Source: a virus
DNA: 64,000 nucleotides
Reading direction: 5' to 3' (one strand)
IMG/VR virus record: IMGVR_UViG_3300020465_000011
Location: 4,482-68,481 of that record
The notes under the pieces were generated by a model. The model saw nothing but the letters and a program-made list of their open reading frames with translations. It had not been told where the DNA came from and searched no databases. Positions 1 to 10,356 of this stretch are shown here, piece by piece. The first letter of the stretch is position 1, and every line of letters begins with the position of its first letter. A program made the translations under genes and the position numbers.

Positions 1-1
1 T

Positions 2-211
2 AAAGAAGGCGAACAATTACAGCCATTAGCAGAAATACAATATGTGTATGTTGCACCTGAAATGCAAGGTGGAATGAGTGCTAGTGACTTTAGAAATGCT
101 ATGAAGAGCAATGCAAGTGATCAGGAAAAAGCACAAGTATTTCAAAAGTTCTTTGGTAAATTTGACAAAGAAGTGTTTACTTTTATAAATGGAAGATTAA
201 ATGCGAAGTGA
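2..211 (+). CDS. C-terminal part of a possible HIGH-class nucleotidyltransferase (truncated by window edge)
   Basis: Open frame from position 2 to TGA at 209-211: ...YVYVAPEMQGGMSASDFRNAM...; GMSASDFR resembles the SAS/KMSKS-like motif of phage cytidylyltransferases. Confidence 0.4.
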   Translation, partial: KEGEQLQPLAEIQYVYVAPEMQGGMSASDFRNAMKSNASDQEKAQVFQKFFGKFDKEVFTFINGRLNAK

Positions 212-899
212 TTTACGACCAAGATTAACAGCAAAAGGTAGTTCTGGAGGACTTTTAATGCAAGGTCCTGCAACTGCTTTAAAATCTAGTGGTGTAAGAA
301 ATAGTTTAGTTTTTCCATACACACCTGCTATTACATATCAGAGATCTGCTAATTACGGAACATATGATTTAGCACACACAAATTATCAGCCTAAGTATTA
401 TTCAGCAACACAATCACCATCAGTACAAGTAACATGTTTGTTTACTAATGCAACTGAAGATGAAATAGCATATACACAAGGTGCATTACATTTTTTAAGA
501 ATGGCAAGCCTGATGCATTTTGGTGAAAATGATCCAAATAGAGGAACACCACCTCCGGTGTTATTGTTTAGTGCATATGGTTCTAATCAATTTCAAGATT
601 GGCCGTGTGTAGTAGGTAATGTTGCATATACATTTGATTCAGATATGGATTATGTAGAAAACGTTTCAGTTGGTGGACAAACTACAGATACAAATAATTT
701 AACAGGTATAGGAATCGCAAGTGGAGCTACTCTAATGAGTAGTGCTGGAAATAGTAATGCGTCTGGCCAAATTGTATTACCAGCACAATTATATGTTTCA
801 ATTGAATTACTACATCAGCCTGATTTATTAACAACTCGTAAACAATTTACAGTAGCAAAAATGGCAAATGGTAGTATGCTTAGAAGAGGTTATATATAA
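201..899 (+). CDS. Baseplate/tail-tube-associated protein (tube-initiator-like)
   Basis: FPYTP motif, GxPPPV...FSAYG and 'P.VV.NV.Y.FDSDMDY' pattern; directly upstream of gp53-like gene. Confidence 0.55.
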   Translation: MRSDLRPRLTAKGSSGGLLMQGPATALKSSGVRNSLVFPYTPAITYQRSANYGTYDLAHTNYQPKYYSATQSPSVQVTCLFTNATEDEIAYTQGALHFLRMASLMHFGENDPNRGTPPPVLLFSAYGSNQFQDWPCVVGNVAYTFDSDMDYVENVSVGGQTTDTNNLTGIGIASGATLMSSAGNSNASGQIVLPAQLYVSIELLHQPDLLTTRKQFTVAKMANGSMLRRGYI

Positions 900-1192
900 T
901 GTATAGGGGCGATAGTCATTTAGCACATACGAAAATTAATGCAAAGTTCACTGAACTATATGAACCGGGCAATGAACTATTCTCTACAGAACAAGTAGAG
1001 CATACAATAGAATCTAAACATAATAAAAGGCCAGATCTTTTAGCATACGAATTATATGGTAACCAAAGACTTTGGTGGATATTCATGCATTTTAATCCTA
1101 ATATTATTAAGGACCCTATCATGGATTTTAATTCAGGTAAAACAATACTAGTACCGCTACGACGAGCTAGTTCATCAGACGCAAGGATGTAA
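899..1192 (+). CDS. Baseplate wedge protein, T4 gp53/LysM-like
   Basis: RPDLLAYELYGNQRLWWIF...NP motif typical of gp53-like proteins. Confidence 0.8.
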   Translation: MYRGDSHLAHTKINAKFTELYEPGNELFSTEQVEHTIESKHNKRPDLLAYELYGNQRLWWIFMHFNPNIIKDPIMDFNSGKTILVPLRRASSSDARM

Positions 1193-1194
1193 TT

Positions 1195-4100
1195 ATGCCC
1201 GGAAAAGGTACAGGAGCAAATCCCAAATATAATAATAAATCCGATTCTAGCACAACTTCTGATGTTAAAGTAGGAAATCAAGAAACATTTCTAGAAAATA
1301 TGACCTTTACAGAAAAGATGATTGAATTAGGTGTAGAACCTGGTCTTCTTGAAGAAAAACAGAAACTACTAGAAGAAGGAAATAAAACAAGATACGCACC
1401 TAGAAACTTTAAGAATGCTGTTGATGTTAATATGAATCCTGAAAAATATATGACAGATAAAGAGTTAGAAAGATTTCATGCTCTAGAGCGTTCTCTTGAA
1501 ATGAGGAGAACTTTAAATGGTGGTTTGTATAACAGAAACGCTATGAGATTTGCACCTAATGTAGGTTGGGTAGAGACTAAAGAACCTAAGTATGCATTTA
1601 TCAAATCTGAAAAAACAGGTCAGCTTGTTAAAACAGCATTCATGGATCAAAATGCTTTAGATATGTTTAATATTAATCAAGAAGCTGAGGGTTATACACC
1701 TTATGCTGATCGTATAGCCGCTCCAGAAGCACCAACTCATGTTCCTGCAAAAAAAGCTGTAGTAATGGGAGATTGGTCAGAAAATGTTCTTAATGAAATG
1801 GATTCTTCGACATATCATTTAACTTTATGGATAGACAATGTACAACGTGTTAATCATGAAATACATCAGAATCAAGGAGTTGTTATAGCTGAAACTGGAG
1901 CAAGTACGTATTTTACTATAGACAATTTAGAAATAGTAACAGCGGCCGGAGGCTCGGATATTATTACAAATGATGCATCACAATTAACATTTACTCTCAC
2001 TGAACCCAATGGAGCGGCATTTTTTCCTAAACTACTAGAAATAGCTAGACAAAAGGGAATAAAAAGTATATCAGAAGCTGGTTATGCATTAGAGATACGT
2101 TTTAAAGGTAGAGATAAGATTACAGGAAAACCTGCATCAGATAGTCATAAATGGCTATACAAACTGGTAGTAACAGATATTCAAACAAAACATGATGTGC
2201 AAGGTAGTGTATATAATTTCACAGCTCATAATATGGATCAAAGAGGTTCATTTGAATATTGGAATAATCCAAAACAAACTATATCTTTAACTGAAACAAC
2301 TACACTTGGTGATGCAATAAAAGATCTAGAAAACAAATTAAATGATTACCATGCCATGAAAGCAGTAGCCAATGGTGGAAAACCTGATACTGTAAAGATA
2401 ACACTTATGGATCCAAAATGGAAATCGTGGAAACTGTTAACACCTAAAGGTTCAACTAATACTACATGGAAAGAAGGAGCCCGAGATTGGTCTATGGATA
2501 GAGGTAGTTCTGTTAAAGACTTTATAGGAAAGTTATTAATACACACAAACGAAATGATAGATAGATTAGATAAGGCTGGAGCAGACATAAAACCCGACAG
2601 CAGAGAAGATGTAGCACATTGTACAGATTATCTTTGTAACTTTTTTAAAATTAAAACAACTATTGAATACGGAAATTTATGGAACGAAGTAGCAAAGAAA
2701 TATAATGAGAGAATAGAATATGTTATAATGCCTTACTTAGAACATCCTCCTGAAAAACAAGCTAGATACGAACAAATTCGTAGAAGTAAGACTAAACAAA
2801 AACAAAAGATAGCTGATCATATAAGACATAATTTTTTAAAGAAGCGATACGATTACTTAAACACAGGTATGAACACCGAAGTACTTGAATTTAATGCAAA
2901 CATAGATATGGCATTCTTTCAACCAGAATTAATATATGATGGTAGAACAACATACGGTGCTAAAGCAAAAGAACATAATGTACCAGAAGATCCTAGTGAC
3001 GTAGACACTTCGACTGTTAGTTATAACAAAGAAAAAGCTGACTTGAGTACTATTGAAGGTGTGCAAAGTGAAATAGATCGTTTAAACACTGATTTTATAG
3101 AAACAGGTAAAGAACGAGCAGATGCTGAATCAAAAGTAAAAAATGCTTCAGGCCCAGCTGAGTTTTCATCATTAACTGATGCAATAACAAAATCAAAAAA
3201 TAAAATGAATAAAATACAAGCTGATCTAACTATGTTGGATAAAGTTAAAGGTACTATGCTTCGTTGGGACGAAGGTATTGCTGGTGCATCTGATAGCTTT
3301 GATAGACAGTATCTAGGAGATATAGGTACCTATGAAGATTATTCACTTGTACGAAAATATAAACCAACTGTTATTTCAAGAGCAGGACAGGATCCAGAAT
3401 CTAGTATGATAGAATTAGCACAACAAAGAATAAAAAATATCTCTAGCGAATTGCTTTCTATAGAAGTTGGTATTAAAGGTGATCCTTACTGGTTAGGTCC
3501 ACCTACTAATGAAAAATCTGTATTACAAAAACAAGTAAGACCGGCCAATAGATCTACATTCAAAGTAGTTGATACAAATCTATTTGTAGATTATGATCAT
3601 GGTCCGCCATTGTTTTTGTTTAGTATGTTTTTTCCCGACCATGGTGGTAAACCATATTTTAATAAACTATACAGTGGTGTATATCAAACTATTGACATTA
3701 TACATCAATTCCGCAACGGGCAGTTTACACAGTTTCTTAAAGGTACTAGAATGACCGACATTCAAGAGGAACAAGTAAAAATGTTAGTTGATGCTAAAGA
3801 CCCTACAGTACTAAATCCATATGGTGATGATATAACTGATGATTACTTTGATGAAGGTCTAAACAACGTTGGAACCGATGGAGCACCTATAGGACCTGCA
3901 GAACCAGGACCAGCTTCTGTATCAGCAAGAGAACAACAAGTAATGTCTAGATTAATAAACGAACATGGACTTACACCTGAACAGGCGGCAGGTATTGTTG
4001 GTAACCTTAATAAAGAAAGTGCATTAAAAACTGGTGCTAGAAATGTTGGCGATGGAAATGATGGCAGTGATAGTATCGGTATAGCACAATGGAATAGCAC

Positions 4101-4437
4101 AAGAGCACAAAACTTGCAGAACTGGGCCGCGGCAAATGGTAGGAATCATTTAGATCTAGATACTCAAACAGATTTTATTATGCATGAACTTAACGGTAGT
4201 GGTTCATATGGCGGTGGTAGCGAAAGTCTTGCTTGGAACAAATTAAATGATCCCAATATATCTACACAAGGAGCGGCCGAAGCATTTACATACTATGAAC
4301 GCTTTAAGAATTATAATGTTGCTAATAACCCAGAAACAATATCTAGAAAGTCACAATCAGAAAGAATTTTACTTGAGTATAATCAAGCAAAAACATCTGG
4401 CACTAATACAGCAAACTCGTTAGGACTAGGAACATAA
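1195..4437 (+). CDS. Baseplate hub protein with C-terminal phage tail lysozyme (Phage_lysozyme2-like) domain
   Basis: Hub motifs IKGDPYWL and YSGVYQ..I.HQF..GQFTQ.L; C-terminal AAGIVGNLNKES...GIAQW...R...TQTDFIMHEL. Confidence 0.75.
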   Translation: MPGKGTGANPKYNNKSDSSTTSDVKVGNQETFLENMTFTEKMIELGVEPGLLEEKQKLLEEGNKTRYAPRNFKNAVDVNMNPEKYMTDKELERFHALERSLEMRRTLNGGLYNRNAMRFAPNVGWVETKEPKYAFIKSEKTGQLVKTAFMDQNALDMFNINQEAEGYTPYADRIAAPEAPTHVPAKKAVVMGDWSENVLNEMDSSTYHLTLWIDNVQRVNHEIHQNQGVVIAETGASTYFTIDNLEIVTAAGGSDIITNDASQLTFTLTEPNGAAFFPKLLEIARQKGIKSISEAGYALEIRFKGRDKITGKPASDSHKWLYKLVVTDIQTKHDVQGSVYNFTAHNMDQRGSFEYWNNPKQTISLTETTTLGDAIKDLENKLNDYHAMKAVANGGKPDTVKITLMDPKWKSWKLLTPKGSTNTTWKEGARDWSMDRGSSVKDFIGKLLIHTNEMIDRLDKAGADIKPDSREDVAHCTDYLCNFFKIKTTIEYGNLWNEVAKKYNERIEYVIMPYLEHPPEKQARYEQIRRSKTKQKQKIADHIRHNFLKKRYDYLNTGMNTEVLEFNANIDMAFFQPELIYDGRTTYGAKAKEHNVPEDPSDVDTSTVSYNKEKADLSTIEGVQSEIDRLNTDFIETGKERADAESKVKNASGPAEFSSLTDAITKSKNKMNKIQADLTMLDKVKGTMLRWDEGIAGASDSFDRQYLGDIGTYEDYSLVRKYKPTVISRAGQDPESSMIELAQQRIKNISSELLSIEVGIKGDPYWLGPPTNEKSVLQKQVRPANRSTFKVVDTNLFVDYDHGPPLFLFSMFFPDHGGKPYFNKLYSGVYQTIDIIHQFRNGQFTQFLKGTRMTDIQEEQVKMLVDAKDPTVLNPYGDDITDDYFDEGLNNVGTDGAPIGPAEPGPASVSAREQQVMSRLINEHGLTPEQAAGIVGNLNKESALKTGARNVGDGNDGSDSIGIAQWNSTRAQNLQNWAAANGRNHLDLDTQTDFIMHELNGSGSYGGGSESLAWNKLNDPNISTQGAAEAFTYYERFKNYNVANNPETISRKSQSERILLEYNQAKTSGTNTANSLGLGT

Positions 4438-5672
4438 TGAAAAAAACAATAAGAACTAGAGATACAATACAAGGATACGCCGAAGAACGAGCAATGATAC
4501 ATCTCAATTCACGTGAAAATGTATTAAATGGTGTGTATCTAGCTAGAGTAGTACAAAATTCAGACGAACAATATAATGGGCGTTTTAACGTAGAATTAAT
4601 TGATGATGGATCACCTAGCAATGATCCAGGAACATCGCCTGAAGACTTAATTGGTATTAAAACAATATTACCAACAAGTCCATTTGGCGGCACAACTAGT
4701 TCTAAGACGGCAACTGATAATAAACAATATGCAACCAGTCAAAATTCATATGGTATGGCTCCACAAGCACCTCCAATTGGAGCAACTGTATTGGTAGCAT
4801 TTATTCAACAACAAAAAGAAGGTTTTATGATTGGTTCTATCTTTGACAAAGATAGGAATTATAGTATACCAGGCCTAGCACATGCTGAAGTAGATAAAAA
4901 ATCGCCACCAACTAAAGCACCTGCTAGTGAACTAAATCCTAATACTAAAGACTTTAACGAAGGAGTACAGGCTCCTCACCCAATGATGGCTAATATAGTT
5001 GAAGCCGGCCTAGCAGGAGATTTCATACGTGGTCTTAGTAGTAGTGGTATGCGTAGAGATACTATTAATAATGCATTTGGCTTTACCACAGCCTCTGGAC
5101 ACAGTATTACTATGGACGATGGTGGTAGTGCAGGAACAGATCGTTCTATTAGAATTAGAACAGCCAATGGTGCTCAAATATTATTACATGACGAAGCAGA
5201 AATAATTTACATACAAGGTGCTAACGGTGCTGGATACATTGAAATAGATAGAGCAGGTGCAATAGATATTTACAGTAGGTCAACGTTGAGTGTTAATGCA
5301 GAAGAAGGAATCAATTTTAAAACAGACGGCTCTTTTAATTTAGAAGCTGGTGCAATCAATATGAAAAGTATGCAGAGCGGAATTAAAATGGAAAGTGCTA
5401 CAGGCAAAATTGAAATGCATAGTGCAACTGATGTTACTATTAGTGCAGATGCAAATGGCAATCTAAACTTTGGAGGCAATCTTCGAGCCACAGCATCAAG
5501 AATTGATTGGAATGGTCCAACAGCAGATAAAGCAGAAAAGCCAACACCTGGTGCATTAGCAAGGAACACAGGTGTTAAAGAAAGCATAGCAGGTAGAGTA
5601 CCTGAACATGAACCATGGGGTGGTAGAGATACTTTTGCAGGACAATCGGCTGGAGGAATGCAAACAATATGA
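4437..5672 (+). CDS. Baseplate central spike, gp5/VgrG-like (OB-fold plus beta-helix)
   Basis: YLARVV..D..GR, PPIGATVLVAF OB-fold; GHSITMDD, IRIRTANGAQILL beta-helix repeats; RVPEHEPW tip. Confidence 0.85.
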   Translation: MKKTIRTRDTIQGYAEERAMIHLNSRENVLNGVYLARVVQNSDEQYNGRFNVELIDDGSPSNDPGTSPEDLIGIKTILPTSPFGGTTSSKTATDNKQYATSQNSYGMAPQAPPIGATVLVAFIQQQKEGFMIGSIFDKDRNYSIPGLAHAEVDKKSPPTKAPASELNPNTKDFNEGVQAPHPMMANIVEAGLAGDFIRGLSSSGMRRDTINNAFGFTTASGHSITMDDGGSAGTDRSIRIRTANGAQILLHDEAEIIYIQGANGAGYIEIDRAGAIDIYSRSTLSVNAEEGINFKTDGSFNLEAGAINMKSMQSGIKMESATGKIEMHSATDVTISADANGNLNFGGNLRATASRIDWNGPTADKAEKPTPGALARNTGVKESIAGRVPEHEPWGGRDTFAGQSAGGMQTI

Positions 5673-6397
5673 CAAGAATAGTTTCAACAAGTACAGTTTT
5701 TCCAACTACTCAATTAATTGAATGGAACGAATTTACAGTTCGTAACACTTTGGATACAACTGTCTATGAAGTTATAGAAAATAGAGAACTAAGTTCAAAA
5801 GCAGTAAGTAAATTATTAATGAACTACAATTACAATATGTTTACTACAGCAAAAGGAATTATTGGTTATAATACAGACGATAGCAAAAATACGTATACAT
5901 ATGGCATATCCGAAGCTGATGCATTTAGTAACTGGATCATTGGAATTAAAGAAAAAGAAAAAAGTTTTAAAAATGTAATGCCTAAAAATTTTAGTTTAAC
6001 CCAAGGACAGTATGATGGACTGCTTATATTTTATATTATAACTGGTCAAATAACTAAAATACATACAACTGATAGCATATATGATTTACGAAATAATATA
6101 CTTGCAAAAGAATGGGAAACAGTAGCAAGTAAAATAACATATGATAAACGAGATTTTAAACTTAATAGACAAGCCGGTACTATGATAATGTTAGGCGACT
6201 ATGGCAATCTTCAAGGTAGGAGTTGGATGCGTAATAGAGGTATTCAATATACTCGTAGACAGTATGGATATATTGCCGACGGTTATAAAATTAGACAAGC
6301 TGAGCATAGTTACTATAGAGAAACGCAAAAGTTTCTACCAAATATGAGCGAAATGCGTCAAAGAGAAGTAGTTACATATTATCGTGCTAATCCTTAA
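5669..6397 (+). CDS. Divergent lysozyme (GH24)-like baseplate protein
   Basis: IIGY, ISEADA and LTQGQYDGL resemble GH24 lysozymes; located between spike and gp25. Confidence 0.5.
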   Translation: MTRIVSTSTVFPTTQLIEWNEFTVRNTLDTTVYEVIENRELSSKAVSKLLMNYNYNMFTTAKGIIGYNTDDSKNTYTYGISEADAFSNWIIGIKEKEKSFKNVMPKNFSLTQGQYDGLLIFYIITGQITKIHTTDSIYDLRNNILAKEWETVASKITYDKRDFKLNRQAGTMIMLGDYGNLQGRSWMRNRGIQYTRRQYGYIADGYKIRQAEHSYYRETQKFLPNMSEMRQREVVTYYRANP

Positions 6398-6416
6398 ACC
6401 CCGTATTTTTAGCTCA

Positions 6417-6422
6417 TAAATA
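6417..6422 (+). promoter_or_regulatory. T4-like late promoter core TAAATA
   Basis: Intergenic TAAATA 5 nt before the gp25 ATG. Confidence 0.55.
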
Positions 6423-6427
6423 AATGT

Positions 6428-6784
6428 ATGAGATTCGTAGGATATACAACAGTAGATCAACCATTGATAGCTAAGATTTTGCATGACAAGGAACTTGCTA
6501 TTCAAGATCTTAAAAATCATCTTTATACACGTTTAGGCGAACGTGTTATGGATCCAGATTTTGGTAGTATTATACCATTAATGGTTTTTGAACCATTGGA
6601 TGAATATAGTATAAGCGAAATACGAGCCGATGCAGAACGTATTATTGGTCTAGACCCTAGATGGGATTTAATAGATTTGGCTGTTTTAGACAACAATCAC
6701 GATGTAACACTTCAAATTAAATTACAATACATAGACAGAACTGAGGAAGAAGTGTTCGTAGCATATGAAAGAGATATAGTATAA
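6428..6784 (+). CDS. Baseplate wedge protein gp25-like
   Basis: TRLGERVMDPDFGS...FEP...DPR motif. Confidence 0.92.
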   Translation: MRFVGYTTVDQPLIAKILHDKELAIQDLKNHLYTRLGERVMDPDFGSIIPLMVFEPLDEYSISEIRADAERIIGLDPRWDLIDLAVLDNNHDVTLQIKLQYIDRTEEEVFVAYERDIV

Positions 6785-9700
6785 TGGCACAAGGAACTAG
6801 ACAAAACACTTTATTTGCGGCAGAGGATTTTACTGTAGTATACGAAAGTTTTGCTAATAGTAATTTCAAAGCATATGACTTTGATACTATTCGTGAAGCA
6901 ATGATAAACTATGTGCAGAACACTTACCCAGAAGAATACAATGACTGGATTCAAAGTTCTGAATTTGTAGCTCTAATGGATCTAGTGTCATACTTTGGAC
7001 ATAACCTAGCATTTAGATTAGACTATGCTACTAGAGAAAATTTCTTTGGAACAGCTCAAAGACGTGAAAGTTTAATTAGACAATCAAACTTAATTAACTA
7101 TAGAGTAAGACGTAACTTACCAGCATTTGGTTATGGAAAAATAATAGATATACAAACAAACGAAGTAGTATACGATATTAATGGTAATAACTTACAAAAT
7201 AAAAAAGTAAGTTTTGAAAATTCAGCTGAATATGAAAATTTCATTACAGTAATTAACGCTGTACTACAAAGTTCAACTCCTTTTGGTTCTCCGAGTAGTA
7301 GTAAAACATTAGACGGTGAATTATTTGACTTTTATAGATTAAACACTACTGCCGGACAAGCTGTTTTTAAATTTAGTGCAACTGCAAATGGACAATCTGA
7401 TAACTTTGAATTTGTTGGGTTATCATATGATGATACTACAGATACTATTAGAGAATCTGTTCCAAACCCTGCTTCTGGCACTGATATAATATATCAAAAT
7501 AAAAATACTGGTATAGCTGGTAATGATACAGGATTTTTTATGGGTCTGAAACAGGGTACGTTAGCATTTGAAGATTATGCTATTACATCACCTGTTATTA
7601 ATAAAATCATTGACATAAATTCATCAAATGTTAATGATACAGATGTCTGGGTACAAAATATTAATAATACTGGCGCCGTTGCCCAAAATTGGACTAATGT
7701 TAGTTCATTAAGTGGAAGTAATGTAATTTATAACAGTCTTACTAGTACTAATAGATTTATACACAGCACTGAAAGTAGAAGCGAAAATGCTGTTAGTATT
7801 AAATTCAGTGATGGTAATTTTGGCGAAATACCATCTGGAACTGTTAGGGTATGGTTCAGAACAAGTAGAAACGAAACATATACTTTGCGTCCTGTAGACG
7901 TAGGTAAACAAACAATTACAATGAGTTATACTGGTAGTGATGGTAACAATTACACAGCCACACTTGGTATACAACTTAAATCAAATGTTAATACAGCAAG
8001 TTCGGGTGAAACTAATGCTGATATAAGACTTAATGCTCCACAAACATACAGCTCACAAGATCGTATGGTAAGTGCAGAAGATTATACAGTTTATCCTTAC
8101 AATGTTAGTAGTAATATTAAGAAGATTAAAGCACTAAACAGAACACATAGTGGACATAGTAGATTTGTTGATAACATTGATCCAACAGGAAATTATCAAG
8201 ACGTAACACACTTTGGCAGTGATGGTATAATATACAATGAAGGTAAGCAAAAGTCAACTGAATTAGCATTGCCTTCTAGTTTAAGTAATTTAGGTGTTAT
8301 AGAAAAATATATCGAACCTTATATAAATGATGCAGAAGTTATTAACTTCTATTATACAAAATTTGGACCAAAAACATTTAATTATACCAAAGCAACTACA
8401 AGTAATGGTACAAATGCATTTAAATGGCAGAAGCAAAGTGGAAGTACTGGTTACTTAATTTCAGGTGTTGCAAACAACGTTCAAAGAGTTGGCACTAGTG
8501 CAAGTGGAAATTTACGTTATTTTAAAACAGGTAGTTTGTGTGAATTTATAGTAGATACAAGTAGTACTAAAAACTATGTAGATGGTGAAGTTAGTAGTAT
8601 TTCAGTAGTTAATCAAGGTTCAGGATATTCAACTGTTACAGTCGATATAATTGGAGCAGGTACAGGTGCTACAGCAACAGCAACAGTTAATGCTGGTGCT
8701 ATTACTGGTATTAACGTAACCGCCGCAGGTTCTGGATATGATGAATTTACAGTAGCACAAATTACAGATTCTGGTGCAGGTGCTGGCTGTAGTGTAAAAG
8801 TAAATGTAGGCAGTTTAGAAACTATATGGGCTCGAGTAACTAATGTAACAGCCGACGGATTAGGTGCAAACGATACAAATGGTAATAGTACAGGTATCAC
8901 AGAGGCCGGATTAGGTAGTGTAGTTTTTAATAAAGAAATAACAAACAATGCAAGACTGAAACAAGTATGGCCAGTCTGGAATACTAGATTTAGTACTACT
9001 GAAAAAAATGCTATTAATAGTGCTATAAGTTTAAATCAAACTTTTGGTTTGCGTTATGACACACTTAACAGCAAATGGGAAGTAGTTACAACTAATAATA
9101 TTCCTAGTAGTACAAAAACAAACAATGCTGTAACAGCATGGAGTTTAACTAACGCTGGAGATACTAGCGGTACAAATATAGATCAAAGTTGGATTATACG
9201 TGTAGATTATACTACAATAAGGCGTAGATTTACAGCAAGAACTATGCAGTATATATTTGAAACTGCTGGTAGTACAAAATTTTATAACAGTAACGAAAGT
9301 TTAAAACTAGATGCTGTTACTGGCAAACCAAAAAGAGATAACATTAAAATACTTAAAATAAACAATAAATCTGGTACTAGTATTGCACGTTTAGGTACTG
9401 ATTATACATTTTACTTTTATGGAAACTTTACAGAAAAAGACGGACATACAGATCCTAAAAAAGTTAGACTTACAATGGGTAATCCAGATAATGGCAATCT
9501 GCCAGATATTCCTGATGCATTTACTAATATTGTAAGTACTGATACAATTAAACTAGGCACAGTAACAGAAGATGGATATGATTATAGACGATATCTAAGT
9601 AGTGGAGCAGATTCTGTATCGGGTCGTACAACATTAGATTTTAGATATCAGCATGTTGCAACAACAGATAAAAGAATAGATCCGGCATCTACTAATATTA

Positions 9701-10356
9701 TTGATTTGTACGTATTAACACAATCATATCATACAAATTTTGTAAATTGGCTTTTTGCAACAAATCCAGTGGAATCAGATAAACCATTGCAACCAAGCAT
9801 CGACGATTTACGTAGACAATTTTCAAGTTTAGATAATAAGAAAAGTGCTAGTGACACTATAATTTACAGACCTGTAAAATATAAAGTATTATTTGGAGAT
9901 TTTGCAGATGCTTCATTGAAAGCAACATTCCGTGTTGTAAAAGTTCCTGGAGCAAGTATAACTGATACTGAAATTAGAAGTACTGTTATTAATGCAATCA
10001 ACATTTACTTTGATCCAAATCGTTGGGAGTTTGGTGAAACCTTTTACTTTACTGAACTAAGTGCATATATTCACCAAACATTAGCAGGTACAGTCGCTAG
10101 TTTTGTTATTGTACCACAAGATACAGAAAGTGTGTTTGGTAGTTTATTTCAAATTACATGTGCTAGTGATGAATTGTTTATCAATGGAGCAAACACAAGT
10201 CAAGTTGAAATTGTAGACAACTTATCTAGATCTAATTTGCAAAGTACAACTGGTAGTTTTATAAACAGTTCAAGTAACACAGGTGTATCAACAGGATTGT
10301 ACAGCTCAACATCAGGTGGCAGTGGATTAAGCAGTGGCAATAGTGGGAGTTATTAA
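6784..10356 (+). CDS. Baseplate wedge protein gp6-like
   Basis: DFDTIREAMINY, ENFFGTAQRRES, FSDGNFGEIP, QDRMVSAEDY motifs; GSGY repeat insert near 8580-8810. Confidence 0.88.
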   Translation: MAQGTRQNTLFAAEDFTVVYESFANSNFKAYDFDTIREAMINYVQNTYPEEYNDWIQSSEFVALMDLVSYFGHNLAFRLDYATRENFFGTAQRRESLIRQSNLINYRVRRNLPAFGYGKIIDIQTNEVVYDINGNNLQNKKVSFENSAEYENFITVINAVLQSSTPFGSPSSSKTLDGELFDFYRLNTTAGQAVFKFSATANGQSDNFEFVGLSYDDTTDTIRESVPNPASGTDIIYQNKNTGIAGNDTGFFMGLKQGTLAFEDYAITSPVINKIIDINSSNVNDTDVWVQNINNTGAVAQNWTNVSSLSGSNVIYNSLTSTNRFIHSTESRSENAVSIKFSDGNFGEIPSGTVRVWFRTSRNETYTLRPVDVGKQTITMSYTGSDGNNYTATLGIQLKSNVNTASSGETNADIRLNAPQTYSSQDRMVSAEDYTVYPYNVSSNIKKIKALNRTHSGHSRFVDNIDPTGNYQDVTHFGSDGIIYNEGKQKSTELALPSSLSNLGVIEKYIEPYINDAEVINFYYTKFGPKTFNYTKATTSNGTNAFKWQKQSGSTGYLISGVANNVQRVGTSASGNLRYFKTGSLCEFIVDTSSTKNYVDGEVSSISVVNQGSGYSTVTVDIIGAGTGATATATVNAGAITGINVTAAGSGYDEFTVAQITDSGAGAGCSVKVNVGSLETIWARVTNVTADGLGANDTNGNSTGITEAGLGSVVFNKEITNNARLKQVWPVWNTRFSTTEKNAINSAISLNQTFGLRYDTLNSKWEVVTTNNIPSSTKTNNAVTAWSLTNAGDTSGTNIDQSWIIRVDYTTIRRRFTARTMQYIFETAGSTKFYNSNESLKLDAVTGKPKRDNIKILKINNKSGTSIARLGTDYTFYFYGNFTEKDGHTDPKKVRLTMGNPDNGNLPDIPDAFTNIVSTDTIKLGTVTEDGYDYRRYLSSGADSVSGRTTLDFRYQHVATTDKRIDPASTNIIDLYVLTQSYHTNFVNWLFATNPVESDKPLQPSIDDLRRQFSSLDNKKSASDTIIYRPVKYKVLFGDFADASLKATFRVVKVPGASITDTEIRSTVINAINIYFDPNRWEFGETFYFTELSAYIHQTLAGTVASFVIVPQDTESVFGSLFQITCASDELFINGANTSQVEIVDNLSRSNLQSTTGSFINSSSNTGVSTGLYSSTSGGSGLSSGNSGSY

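Noticed and set aside
201-10356. Bacterial T6SS/eCIS or tailocin locus
   Set aside because: T4-like gp53/gp25/gp6 order, late-promoter motifs and phage-like gene packing; no T6SS membrane complex or cellular genes
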